A DNA stretch of 64,000 nt, from the NCBI GenBank assembly GCA_002269645.1, contig NIVC01000628.1:248001-312000 (forward strand), in the 5' to 3' direction. The stretch is from Macrostomum lignano (Eukaryota). Each line of letters begins with the position of its first letter. Positions within the stretch are counted from its first letter, which is position 1. The notes below the pieces were generated by a model, which had not been told where the DNA came from, did not search any database, and saw nothing but the letters and a program-made list of their open reading frames with translations. Both the position numbers and the translations under genes were made by a program. Shown here in pieces: positions 11,526 through 23,896 of this stretch.

Positions 11526-11815
11526 AGACCGATCCTTTCTAGCCTCATTGTCCTCATCTGCGGCCGGCCTGTTGCTCAAATCCGAGGCCGTGTCTCCGGC
11601 TTCGTGCAGTTCCGCCTCGGCCACGCCAAGCTCTGCCGCTTCAGCCGGCGGCGGCGGCGGCGTCAAACGGCCGCCGTCAGAGTCGCCAACTAACGCGCAG
11701 ATGCCGTTTAAAAAGCGCAGACCAATGAGCAGTACGGATTTTACTCCCGCGGCTGCAGTCTCCGGATCTGTTTACGGAGCTGCGGTCTGCGCTGCTGGAT
11801 TCACTCCAATTACTA
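11261..11815 (+). CDS. His-Me-finger domain protein, coding exon 3 (low complexity, (CAG)12 polyQ, NLS-like PFKKRRP)
   Basis: Acceptor CCAATTCCAG|AG; phase 1 gives G+AG=Glu then SMALPRSVLDRYQL; donor ACTA|GTGAGT at 11816, phase 1. Confidence 0.8.
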
Positions 11816-11864
11816 GTGAGTGCTAACTGCTCTGCTCAGTTTCTCTTCCCCTCGGTATTTGGAC

Positions 11865-12800
11865 CTGTGTCTTCCCCTCTGTGTCTTCCCCTTCTGTCTC
11901 CCCCTTCTGTCTTCCCCTCTGTGTCTTCCCCTTCTGTCTTCCCCTTCTGTGTCTTCCCCTCTGTGTCCTCCCCTTCTGTCTTCCCCTTCTGTCTTCCCCT
12001 CTGCGTCTTCCCCTTCTGTCTTCCCCTTCTGTCTTCCCCTTCTGTCTTCCCCTTCTGTCTTCCCCTTCTGTCTTCCCCTCTGTGTCTTCCCCTTCTGTCT
12101 TCCCCTTCTGTCTTCCCCTTCTGTCTTCCCCTTCTGTCTTCCCCTTCTGTCTTCCCCTTCTGTCTTCCCCTCTGTGTCTTCCCCTTCTGTCTTCCCCTTC
12201 TGTCTTCCCCTTCTGTCTTCCCCTTCTGTCTTCCCCTTCTGTCTTCCCCTTCTGTCTTCCCCTCTGTGTCTTCCCCTTCTGTCTTCCCCTTCTGTCTTCC
12301 CCTCTGTGTCTTCCCCTTCTGTCTTCCCCTCTGTGTCTTCCCCTTCTGTCTTCCCCTTCTGTCTTCCCCTCTGTGTCTTCCCCTTCTGTCTTCCCCTTCT
12401 GTCTTCCCTCTGTGTCTTCCTTTCTGTGTCTTCTCCTCTGTGTCTTCCTTTCTGTGTCTTCCCCTCTGTGTCTTCCCCTTTGTGTCTTCCCCTTCTGTCT
12501 TCCCCTCTGTGTCTTCCCCTCTGTGTCTTCCCCTTTGTGTCTTCCCCTTCTGTCTTCCCCTCTGTGTCTTCCCCTTTGTGTCTTCTCCTCTGTATCTTCC
12601 CCTTTGTGTCTTCTCCTCTGTGTCTTCCTTTCTGTGTCTTTCCCTCTGTTTCTTCCTTTCTGTGTCTTCCCCTCTGTGTCTTCCTTTCTGTGCCTTCCCC
12701 TCTGTCTTCCCCTCCGTGTCTTCCCCTCTGTGTCTCGCCCTCTGTGTCTTCCCCTTCTACGTCATCACCTTCTGTGCCTCCCCCTTCTCTGTCTTCCCCT
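11865..12800. repeat. 13-15-bp pyrimidine-rich minisatellite (CTGTCTTCCCCTT)n, intronic
   Basis: Tandem units; explains the three overlapping L/P/S/C/V/F ORFs. Confidence 0.97.
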
Positions 12801-12930
12801 TGCAGTCTTCACTCCTGTGTTCCACCTCTGTGCCTGCATGTATCCCAATTCCAGCTCTTTGAACTTTTTAAGACAATTTTTACGAACTGAAATACCTTCA
12901 CAAATGCATATAATTTGATTAAAATTTAAG

Positions 12931-13214
12931 GCGCCCTCTTCGATCGGCGGCCTTCAAGCGACGAGGGCGACGCCGCCAAACTGGGCGCCAGTTCCGCCGG
13001 TCAGCCGCCACCTTTGCCGCCTCCTCCGGCGCCGCCGCCGCTGCCGTCGCACCAGCTGCAGCAACAGCAGTCTCAGTCGCATTTCGATTCGCACCACCAG
13101 AGCCACACTGAGGACGAAATAGCCGAGATTAACCGGCCCGCTGTGGCCGCGGACGCCGCTGACGAGCGCGAAGCTGCCGCTACGCTGTGCGCCTTGCGGA
13201 ATTCGCCTATTTGT
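12931..13214 (+). CDS. His-Me-finger domain protein, coding exon 4 (Pro/Gln-rich, EREAAATLCAL motif)
   Basis: Acceptor AAATTTAAG|GC; phase 1 (A+GC=Ser) runs into the frame of ORF 13014; donor TGT|GTGAGT at 13215, phase 0. Confidence 0.72.
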
Positions 13215-13276
13215 GTGAGTTGCTTACTTTCTATTTTGCAGAAAGATTTGAGTATGGTAGCTTTGGTTCCCCGATT

Positions 13277-13424
13277 CTGATTCCCCATCCCAGCCTCATC
13301 CCGATTCTGCATCCCAGCCTCATCCCGATTCTCCATCCCAGCCTCATCCCGATTCTCCATCCCAGCCTCATCCCGATTCCCCATCCCAGCCTCATCCCGA
13401 TTCTCCATCCCAGCCTCATTTCGA
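13277..13424. repeat. 24-bp minisatellite (CCCAGCCTCATCCCGATTCTCCAT)n, about 6 units, intronic
   Basis: Tandem units read directly. Confidence 0.92.
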
Positions 13425-13466
13425 TTCCGCATCATGCTCGTCCGCTGTCATCTCTGTGACCCGCAG

Positions 13467-14312
13467 CCCGGTGAGTACTATTCAGTATTCTCTGAGGGCC
13501 GCCTCGCCTCCGTAGCCTCAGGCGCCTCAAATGTCGCTTCTTCGGCGGGCGCAATGCCGGCGCCGCCGTTGCCGCGCCCTCGGCCGCTGTTGCAACGCGT
13601 CGACGGCACCCTGGCCGAGCGGGACCACGCCGCAACCGCAGCGGCCGCCGGCTCGTCGTCAAACCCGTCGGAAAGCATGACGACATCATCGATGTCGCTG
13701 CAGTCAATGTCGTCGTATTCCTCTTCGTCATCGTCAATATTTATGCCGTCGGTTCAGGCCGCGGTGTCGCACACCGGCGTGTTCCGGCCGATTCTGCCGC
13801 CGTCGGCATCAGCCGCTCTCTACTGGCAGGGCAGCGGCGGAAGCGGCGGCGGAGGCGGCGCCGCAGCGATGCGGGGCTCCACGACGCCAGTGGGCCAGAG
13901 TCCCCTAATCGCCGGCCGCAACGATACGCCAACTGCGATCCGGCTGATATTGGAGATGCAGAGCTCGCAGAGCGGCGGCGGAGGAAGCGGCGGTGGCGCC
14001 GGTGGCGCAGGCGACGCGGCTGTTTCCGCTGCCGGCGCTGCGCGTCGTCTTCAATCGTCGGCTGCTGGCGTGGCGCCAAGCATCGATCAGTTCGAGCACA
14101 TGCTGCGAGCGACCACTGGCGCCACGCCCACCTGGCCCTACGCGACAGGAGTTGGTGGCAGCGGCGGCGGCAGTGGCACCGAAAGCAGCCCGGTGAAGCA
14201 GCTCTACACCGCTGCGTCGGCAACTGCCGCTGCAGCGTCGGCGGCTTCGACATCCGCAGCCAAGTTGAAGTCTTCGCAGGCGTCGGCAGAGGAACAGCGC
14301 CGAGTGCATTGA
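13467..14312 (+). CDS. His-Me-finger domain protein, terminal coding exon 5 (Ser/Ala/Gly-rich, disordered)
   Basis: Acceptor TCTCTGTGACCCGCAG|CCC, phase 0; open to TGA at 14310-14312. Joined exons total 2556 nt = 852 codons including the stop. Confidence 0.78.
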   Translation, partial: PGEYYSVFSEGRLASVASGASNVASSAGAMPAPPLPRPRPLLQRVDGTLAERDHAATAAAAGSSSNPSESMTTSSMSLQSMSSYSSSSSSIFMPSVQAAVSHTGVFRPILPPSASAALYWQGSGGSGGGGGAAAMRGSTTPVGQSPLIAGRNDTPTAIRLILEMQSSQSGGGGSGGGAGGAGDAAVSAAGAARRLQSSAAGVAPSIDQFEHMLRATTGATPTWPYATGVGGSGGGSGTESSPVKQLYTAASATAAAASAASTSAAKLKSSQASAEEQRRVH

Positions 14313-15419
14313 CAACCGGGGGGGGGGGGGGTCCTCGGGCGCACGAAAATGAATCAAAACAATGATCTAATAAGCAAACTAGGAGATTTTTAGTGGGCAT
14401 TGGAACCTGCAGAATCAAGGACTGCGATAGATACTGCATCCTATCCATGGTTCGATTCCACTATTAATTTGGCCGGGGGGGGGTGGTCGTTCGATTCACA
14501 GCTCTGAGGTCCAACAGACAGTGTACATGCCTGCCGTTAGAAAGTCAGGGTCGCTGTACATCCTGTGTGAGCTGTGTGTGTGCCAGCGTGCAATTGGCGA
14601 AATAGGGCTTGTACAGAGAAATGTGACGCACCTGTGCACTTGTTAATCAATGCCCAGTCTTCTAGTCAGCTGTGAGGCGTCTCTCATTCTCCCTGTAATT
14701 GTAATGCAGAAATGAGTTTGCTTTTGAATGTTTAAACGCTATTGAAATATAATTATTAATTATTGCTATTAGTGTTACTGGCCAAGCCAGGTATTGCTAT
14801 AATATTAATTTTACCTATTAATTAGTACTTTATATTACTAGTCCGATAATTTCTTCTTGGCTCTCTTCTCATTATTTACATTCGTATTATGAGCAAAATT
14901 TATAATCTGTGCATTAATTTGTTTTATTATAATCATGTCAAGCTCATTTATTGTTAATTTAATCATTCATTGCTGCAATAGTTTGAATTTTAATTTTACC
15001 ATTATTTTTTTACAAATACGACCCAACGCTCAAATTAAACTGTACAGTAGTATGCAGTAGTATGCGTCAAGTTTTGCCTTAAAATTAATATTATTATATT
15101 GCAAATAATAACATTACGCCTGTTCAATGATGAGGATGTTCCAGCTTTTTTAACTTGTTGCCTTTCTATTAGCTTTAGCTGCTGCTGGTTAAAGAATTTC
15201 AGTTTTTGCTCGTAAAACCGCTCGTACAAGATTTCCGCCAAAAATATTGTCTTGAAATAATTTTTTGTCTTCAAAAATCCAATTGAAAATAGAAGTTTAA
15301 TGACATTTTTTCTTGTAGTCTACGAGTCAAAAAAGCATCCCAATCAAATTCTGCTCGATTTAGGACATGTCCTTTAGATACTACTTAAAGTAAATAAACC
15401 TAGTGCCAATCATCTCAGA

Positions 15420-15665
15420 ATTAGAATCCCCATCACTAATATAATATTGGAATCCTGACCCCATCCCTAGTTTAAATTAGGATCCTCATTCCCCATCCCT
15501 AATACAATATTAGCATCCCCATCGCTAATAATAAAATCCCCAACGCTAATATTAAAATCCCCATCACTAATATTAGAATCCCCATCACTAATATTAGAAT
15601 CCCCATCACTAATATTAGAATCCCCATCACTAATATTAGAATCCCATCGCTAATATTAGAACCCC
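15420..15665. repeat. About 21-bp minisatellite (AATATTAGAATCCCCATCACT)n
   Basis: Tandem units, degenerate at the 5' end. Confidence 0.88.
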
Positions 15666-17518
15666 CAAATCGACACTGAGATCGTTGATGTTATAATTTG
15701 ATCAGAATAATGATGAATACTGATATTTCCATTTGATTATTTTCATAAGTGCTTCAACTCGTAAACAGCTGGTTCAGTAAGCTTGTTTTCGAAGTAATGT
15801 GTGCTCACTGGATATTAATTTACTCTTAGAGTTGCCAATTACCGATAGAGTTTTGTCCCATTAGTCTTTATGGAACTCTGTTTCATTTTTTGTTTATAAA
15901 AAAATTAGCAAAATATCCCTTTAAATTAATGAACCAGCCAAGCTGCTCAGATATATGTTTTTTTAATTCTTTACAGCTAAAATATTCTGTGTTTGTGTGT
16001 TTTTATAAATTTATGTTCGTTTAATTTGTTCTGCTACTCTATAAAAAACACCCCTATTAAACACCTTTAACAGCAATTATAAACTTCCTTGATAAACAGC
16101 CGGACCGAACAGCCTCTAAGCAGGCACTTTATACTCGTAGAATATATAAACAGTTTTAATAAACACTAATAGGTTTTATAAACACCTTGTATAGAATCTG
16201 TAAACAGGCTCAATAAACACCCAAACAGCCTCTATAAACTTACAGTTTAGAGTCCGTAAACAGGCTCAATAAACACCCCCAAGAGCCTCTATAAAGATAC
16301 AATTTAGAGTCCGTAAACAGACTTAATGAAGACCCTAAATAGCCTCAATGCCTTCATTAAACAACATAGTCAAAATAAACACCCTTAACGAGCACCTATA
16401 TAAACAGCCTTATTGCCCAGCCAATCCATGCCTTCTCAAACTGTGTCTTGATTCTCGAGCACTCTTCTGTTCTAAACCAACTTTATTAGGCATTTATTAA
16501 CAATCCATTTGTCGCTAGCAGTAGTCAGCGGCGCGCATCTCGTCTGTATTTGTTCTCCCGTTTTTTCTCGAAAAACTGCAATTATTTTGTTTAAAAAAAT
16601 TTAATTATTGAATGAAGCGCCTTGAGTTGCTTGAAATCGGATAAACTGTAAATAAAAGTATTTGACAAATTCGCAGATTTCTAATCAGCTGTGTTCCATC
16701 GATTCGCGCCCTTATCTTTATTATCCAATAAACTGTGCTCACACACGTTTTACCGCCAGTCGCCGCTTTTTGTGTTATCTGTCCGTCTGCGTGCCTATTT
16801 AAAAGTTTATTGCGTTAATTATTACCTGTCTATAGTTTTTATTCTTTTTTTCTCAATTTTACTGCCGAACCTAAAATCGCATGCCATTAGGTGGCTTTTT
16901 ATTCTTTTAAATATACTTTTTATACTACTGCTAAAGTGAAAGTAAGTTAGTAGTATGGGATGATTATATAAAGCGTCAATTTCTAGAAATTGTTTTGAAT
17001 AATCTTTGCTAGAACTGAAATTAGTAATTGATTCGTGTTATTTTGCTTGTCTGTTCAGCTTTAAGCGTTCCCAGCTTTGGTATATTAATTCAAGTTTTCA
17101 ACTTTGGCTGATGTATATTAATTATGCACACGCGATTAACTACTTTTTATTCCTCTCAGTGCCTATAAAATATTATATTCAAGCGATGCTACTAACAGTA
17201 TCAACTGCTCAGCAATTGCAGCTTTTGATGTACACAAACATTTTAAATTTAATTGTGCACAATGCAGTTTTTATTTCGTGTTTTTATTAGTTCATAGGTT
17301 TCCGATCAATTTAATCGTTCAAAGAAGCAGCTTCATCAACTTATACCGGCGTGCGTGATGCTGAGTTTGGTGCCAATTAACCTGTTAATTGCTGTTGCTT
17401 GCATCGAATTTCACTTGGCCATTGTAACTGAACAATTAACTCTGCTCATTTGTTTTGCAAACTGCTATCTTTGGCGCTGTAAAATCCGACTATATAAATG
17501 TGCTCAACTTGGGTTCGA

Positions 17519-17638
17519 TTAGCTGCAATGATGCGGTCCAGTTCTCATTTAGCTGCAATGATGCGGTCCAGTTCTCATTCAGCTGCAATGATGCGGTCCA
17601 GTTCTCATTCAGCTGCAATGATGCGGTCCAGTTCTCCC
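17519..17638. repeat. 30-bp tandem repeat x4 (AGCTGCAATGATGCGGTCCAGTTCTCATTC)
   Basis: Four near-perfect copies. Confidence 0.92.
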
Positions 17639-18172
17639 CTGTACAAATCTACTCTATTCTCTGCTGAGTGTTCAATTCTAGTCTGCGCGCTTGTCTAATA
17701 TTAGCGAGTATTTTAGCGTATCAAGAGTTTTCCTTTGTTTATAGCTGCATGTCAGATACCACAGGGATCCTGTGTTTTCGTATTTATATACACATATGTT
17801 CATCTAATGCATATTATAGCGAATACTTTTCTATTATTATTCTAACGTAACTATTAATAAGTGTTTGTTTTACCTACTGTTGGTTCATTGCCTATGAATA
17901 TATAAATATAAAACGTGTAAGCCATGTCTAATTGTGTGCTTAGTAATTCGATACAGACTGTCTTGTGTGAATAAAAAAGGAAACAATATATACTTCTGCA
18001 CAGTTTGTACTTCTGGATGAAAGCGATTATGATGGACGAGATAAAAACTGCATAGGAAGATTAACGAATAGAGGAGGGAGATTATGAGATAAAGAGAGTG
18101 GCTGAGATGATAATAGAAAAAAAGTCTGTATGAATGGACAGGTACGAGCAAATATCAAAGCAGCGAATGAGA

Positions 18173-21100
18173 GATAAACAGAGGGGGTGAGAGATGAGCA
18201 GAGGGGGTGAGAGTGAACAGAGGGAGTGAGAGTGAACAGAGAGGCTGAGAGATGAACAGAGGGGGTGAGAGTGAACAGAGGGGGTGAGAGTGAACAGAGG
18301 GGGTGAGAGATGAACAGAGAGGCTGAGAGTAAACAGAGAGGCTGAGAGTAAACAGAGAGGCTGAGAGATTAACAGAGGGGGTGAGAGTAAACAGAGAGGC
18401 TGAGAGTAAACAGAGAGGCTGAGAGATTAACAGAGAGGCTGAGAGTAAACAGAGAGGCTGAGAGATTAACAGAGAGGCTGAGAGTGAACAGAGAGGCTGA
18501 GAGTGAACAGAGAGGCTGAGAGATTAACAGAGAGGCTGAGAGTGAACAGAGAGGCTGAGAGATTAACAGAGAGGCTGAGAGTGAACAGAGAGGCTGAGAG
18601 TGAACAGAGAGGCTGAGAGATTAACAGAGAGGCTGAGAGTGAACAGAGAGGCTGAGAGTGAACAGAGAGGCTGAGAGTAAACAGAGAGGCTGAGAGTGAA
18701 CAGAGAGGCTGAGAGATTAACAGAGAGGCTGAGAGTGAACAGAGAGGCTGAGAGATTAACAGAGAGGCTGAGAGTGAACAGAGAGGCTGAGAGTAAACAG
18801 AGAGGCTGAGAGTAAACAGAGAGGCTGAGAGATTAACAGAGGGGGTGAGAGTAAACAGAGAGGCTGAGAGATTAACAGAGAGGCTGAGATTGAACAGAGA
18901 GGCTGAGAGTAACAGAGAGGCTGAGAGTGAACAGAGAGGCTGAGAGTGAACAGAGAGGCTGAGAGATTAACAGAGAGGCTGAGAGTGAACAGAGAGGCTG
19001 AGAGATTAACAGAGAGGCTGAGAGTGAACAGAGAGGCTGAGAGATTAACAGAGAGGCTGAGAGTGAACAGAGAGGCTGAGAGATTAACAGAAAGGCTGAG
19101 AGTGAACAGAGAGGCTGAGAGTAAACAGAGAGGCTGAGAGTAAACAGAGAGGCTGAGAGATTAACAGAGGGGGTGAGAGTAAACAGAGAGGCTGAGAGAT
19201 TAACAGAGAGGCTGAGAGTGAACAGAGAGGCTGAGAGTAAACAGAGAGGCTGAGAGTAAACAGAGAGGCTGAGAGATTAACAGAGGGGGTGAGAGTAAAC
19301 AGAGAGGCTGAGAGTAAACAGAGAGGCTGAGAGATTAACAGAGAGGCTGAGAGTAAACAGAGAGGCTGAGAGATTAACAGAGAGGCTGAGAGTGAACAGA
19401 GAGGCTGAGAGATTAACAGAGGGGGTGAGAGTAAACAGAGAGGCTGAGAGTAAACAGAGAGGCTGAGAGATTAACAGAGAGGCTGAGAGTAAACAGAGAG
19501 GCTGAGAGATTAACAGAGAGGCTGAGAGTGAACAGAGAGGCTGAGAGATTAACAGAGAGGCTGAGAGTGAACAGAGAGGCTGAGAGTAAACAGAGAGGCT
19601 GAGAGTGAACAGAGAGGCTGAGAGTGAACAGAGAGGCTGAGAGATTAACAGAGAGGCTGAGAGTGAACAGAGAGGCTGAGAGATTAACAGAGAGGCTGAG
19701 AGTGAACAGAGAGGCTGAGAGTGAACAGAGAGGCTGAGAGATTAACAGAGGGGGTGAGAGTAAACAGAGAGGCTGAGAGATTAACAGAGAGGCTGAGAGT
19801 AAACAGAGAGGCTGAGAGATTAACAGAGAGGCTGAGAGTGAACAGAGAGGCTGAGAGATTAACAGAGAGGCTGAGAGATGAACAGAGAGGCTGAGAGTAA
19901 ACAGAGAGGCTGAGAGTGAACAGAGAGGCTGAGAGTGAACAGAGAGGCTGAGAGATTAACAGAGAGGCTGAGAGTGAACAGAGAGGCTGAGAGATTAACA
20001 GAGAGGCTGAGAGTGAACAGAGAGGCTGAGAGATTAACAGAGGGGGTGAGAGTAAACAGAGAGGCTGAGAGTGAACAGAGAGGCTGAGAGTGAACAGAGA
20101 GGCTGAGAGATTAACAGAGAGGCTGAGAGTGAACAGAGAGGCTGAGAGTGAACAGAGAGGCTGAGAGATTAACAGAGAGGCTGAGAGTGAACAGAGAGGC
20201 TGAGAGATTAACAGAGAGGCTGAGAGTGAACAGAGAGGCTGAGAGTGAACAGAGAGGCTGAGAGTAAACAGAGAGGCTGAGAGTAAACAGAGAGGCTGAG
20301 AGATTAACAGAGGGGGTGAGAGTAAACAGAGAGGCTGAGAGTAAACAGAGAGGCTGAGAGTGAACAGAGAGGCTGAGAGTAAACAGAGAGGCTGAGAGTA
20401 AACAGAGAGGCTGAGAGATTAACAGAGGGGGTGAGAGTAAACAGAGAGGCTGAGAGATTAACAGAGAGGCTGAGAGTGAACAGAGAGGCTGAGAGATTAA
20501 CAGAGAGGCTGAGAGTGAACAGAGAGGCTGAGAGTGAACAGAGAGGCTGAGAGATTAACAGAGAGGCTGAGAGTGAACAGAGAGGCTGAGAGATTAACAG
20601 AGAGGCTGAGAGTGAACAGAGAGGCTGAGAGTGAACAGAGAGGCTGAGAGATTAACAGAGAGGCTGAGAGTGAACAGAGAGGCTGAGAGATTAACAGAGA
20701 GGCTGAGAGTGAACAGAGAGGCTGAGAGTAAACAGAGAGGCTGAGAGTAAACAGAGAGGCTGAGAGATTAACAGAGGGGGTGAGAGTAAACAGAGAGGCT
20801 GAGAGATTAACAGAGAGGCTGAGAGATGAACAGAGAGGCTGAGAGTAAACAGAGAGGCTGAGAGTAAACAGAGGCTGAGAGTAAACAGAGAGGCTGAGAG
20901 TAAACAGAGAGGCTGAGAGATTAACAGAGGGGGTGAGAGTAAACAGAGAGGCTGAGAGTAAACAGAGAGGCTGAGAGATTAACAGAGAGGCTGAGAGTGA
21001 ACAGAGAGGCTGAGAGATTAACAGAGAGGCTGAGAGTGAACAGAGAGGCTGAGAGATTAACAGAGAGGCTGAGAGTGAACAGAGAGGCTGAGAGTGAACA

Positions 21101-21378
21101 GAGAGGCTGAGAGATTAACAGAGAGGCTGAGAGTGAACAGAGAGGCTGAGAGATTAACAGAGAGGCTGAGAGTGAACAGAGAGGCTGAGAGTAAACAGAG
21201 AGGCTGAGAGTAAACAGAGAGGCTGAGAGATTAACAGAGGGGGTGAGAGTAAACAGAGAGGCTGAGAGATTAACAGAGAGGCTGAGATTGAACAGAGAGG
21301 CTGAGAGTAACAGAGAGGCTGAGAGTGAACAGAGAGGCTGAGAGTGAACAGAGAGGCTGAGAGTGAACAGAGAGGGAT
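18173..21378. repeat. 3.2-kb minisatellite of 19/20-bp units (AACAGAGAGGCTGAGAGTG / ...GAGAGATT)
   Basis: About 165 units with interspersed variants. Confidence 0.98.
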
Positions 21379-21962
21379 GAACACAGTAGACTAAGCACAG
21401 TATAGCGGCACCGAATCGGCAAAAGTGTGATGCAGCCATTTTCAATCCCACCTGGGTTCGGGAGGATAGGTATACCTGGGTGCAGCGGCAAGATGAAAGC
21501 TAATGCACTGGTGCACCCACCACACCGAACTTTTGACACCGAGTGCAACTTTAAACTGTGCTATCGTTCGCGCCCAAATCCGCTTGTAGCTTTTTGTCTT
21601 CCGGGAGTATTCAGGCTGCGAGGGCAATTGCAGAAAATATTTAACGAACTGAAAACAGCTGAGGTTTTGGGGAGGATGACGCGACCTTTTCACCGTTGCT
21701 GGCCCAGCTAAAATGCTTAAAGCTTTATTGTCTGGGCCGGTGGCCCATCGTTTCAAACAAAGTAGCAGCTTACAGCGAGGTGCGGCGAATGAAATTTTAT
21801 TGTTTCACCGCTCCAGATGTGAGCCGCGGTTTATTGGCCAGCCACCCTGCGGCTCGCTTTCAAATCCTCTTTTATCGTAGAAACAGTTCGACGGGAAGCT
21901 GGCAGCTTTGGGGGACTGCCGGGTCTGTCTGCGGTTTCTATGCATCTTTTTACTGTTGCATG

Positions 21963-22705
21963 CCCCACACTGCTGGCCTGTCCCATCTGTCCCACACTGC
22001 TGGCCTGTCCCATCTGTCCCACACTGCTGGCCTGTCCCACACTGCTGGCCTGTCCCACACTGCTGGCCTGTCCCATCTGCCCCACACTGCTGGCCTGTCC
22101 CACACTGCTGGCCTGTCCCACACTGCTGGCCTGTCCCACACTGCTGGCCTGTCCCATCTGCTCCACACTGCTGGCCTGTCCCACACTGCTGGCCTGTCCC
22201 ATCTGTCCCACACTGCTGGCCTGTCCCATCTGCCCCACACTGCTGGCCTGTCCCACACTGCTGGCCTGTCCCATCTGTCCCACACTGCTGGCCTGTCCCA
22301 CACTGCTGGCCTGTCCCACACTGCTGGCCTGTCCCATCTGCTCCACACTGCTGGCCTGTCCCACACTGCTGGCCTGTCCCATCTGTCCCACACTGCTGGC
22401 CTGTCCCATCTGCCCCACACTGCTGGCCTGTCCCACACTGCTGGCCTGTCCCATCTGTCCCACACTGCTGGCCTGTCCCACACTGCTGGCCTGTCCCACA
22501 CTGCTGGCCTGTCCCATCTGCCCCACACTGCTGGCCTGTCCCATCTGCTCCACACTGCTGGCCTGTCCCACACTGCTGGCCTGTCCCATCTGCCCCACAC
22601 TGCTGGCCTGTCCCACACTGCTGGCCTGTCCCATCTGCCCCACACTGCTGGCCTGTCCCACACTGCTGGCCTGTCTCATCTGTCCCACACTGCTGGCCTG
22701 TCCCA
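21963..22705. repeat. 18/27-bp minisatellite (CCCACACTGCTGGCCTGT with optional CCCATCTGY)
   Basis: Two-module tandem array; explains the ORFs in all frames here. Confidence 0.97.
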
Positions 22706-23191
22706 TAAAATCCCCAATCCCCTCTGGAATACGAGAGAATTATTGTTAAAAATGCTTGGAAATAAAAAATAATGCATGGAGAAAATATTGGAGGATAAAA
22801 GGGAGAATGCGAGTGGGGATACTCGTGCAGTTATGCTCAGCTGGTGCTCAGCGCAGTGAAACAGGCGGCTGCAGCAGAGGGGATGGGGGCGGCCCAGCAT
22901 TATACGGGCACCAGCTAAATCCCGCAGCCAGCCGTATCCGCCACTCAAATCCCTTCAGTTTTCTCCTCAGCTGGAGTCGATAAGGGCCAGGCCGCGGAGG
23001 AGATGGAGACGCCATGCTGGGGGGGGGGGTACAGAGTTGCTATGCGGGCTTTGGGAGGCGAATATTACGGCTAGAATTTGCTTCCAAGACTCGCCCATAA
23101 TCTCGCCACAGGATTGGCGGTCTGACAGGGCGGTGAGGGCTGCTCCCCGGTGCCCTGGGCCTGAGATCTGGTCTCAAGGCTATCTCTGAGG

Positions 23192-23765
23192 TGGCTAAGG
23201 ATCCCTCAGTAGCTCTGTGGGGTGGCTAAGGATCTGTCTGTAGCTCTGTGGGGTGGCTAAGGATCTGTCTGTAGCTCTGTGAGGGGGCTAAGGATCTGTC
23301 TGTAGCTCTGTGGGGTGGCTAAGGATCTGTCTGTAGCTCTGTGGAGTGGGCTAAGGATCTGTCTGTAGCTCTGTGAGGGGGCTAAGGATCTGTCTGTAGC
23401 TCTGTGGGGTGGCTAAGGATCTGTCTGTAGCTCTGTGAGGGGGCTAAGGATCTGTCTGTAGCTCTGTGGGGTGGCTAAGGATCTGTCTGTAGCTCTGTGG
23501 GGTGGCTAAGGATCTGTCTGTAGCTCTGTGGGGTGGCTAAGGATCTGTCTGTAGCTCTGTGGGGTGGCTAAGGATCTGTCTGTAGCTCTGTGGGGGGGCG
23601 AAGGATCTGTCTGTAGCTCTGTGGGGGGCTAAGGATCTGTCTGTAGCTCTGTGGGGTGTGGGGGCTAAGGATCTGTCTGTAGCTGTGTGGGGTGGCTAAG
23701 GGTCTGTCCGCAGCTCTGTGGGGTGGCTAAGGATCTGTCAACAGTTCTGTGGGGTGGCTAAGGAT
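23192..23765. repeat. About 31-bp minisatellite (GCTAAGGATCTGTCTGTAGCTCTGTGGGGTG)n
   Basis: About 18 units. Confidence 0.96.
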
Positions 23766-23896
23766 CCAAAACTCGAGATTCAAAACCCCCATAGCTACCA
23801 TTGCGAATCCACAGAAAAGTGAGCCAAGAAACTCGGCTTCTCAGATCGCATTGGCGAGGCTGTCAGGCACCGGAATCAACTTTCGGACAGTCCCCC

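Noticed and set aside
11816-12918. Three overlapping 345-356 aa ORFs
   Set aside because: They are translations of a 13-15-bp stop-free pyrimidine repeat lying in an intron.
13073-14448. Minus-strand ORFs of up to 235 aa
   Set aside because: They are antisense shadows of GC-rich exons and a 24-bp repeat, with no domain signal.
16691-18151. Several 60-95 aa hydrophobic ORFs
   Set aside because: AT-rich sequence yields F/L/I/Y-rich chance ORFs; there are no motifs or coherent splice signals.
21400-21960. Unique island with short ORFs on both strands and an acceptor-like CTCCAG at about 21816
   Set aside because: No recognisable protein motif and no phase-consistent partner exon; left unannotated.
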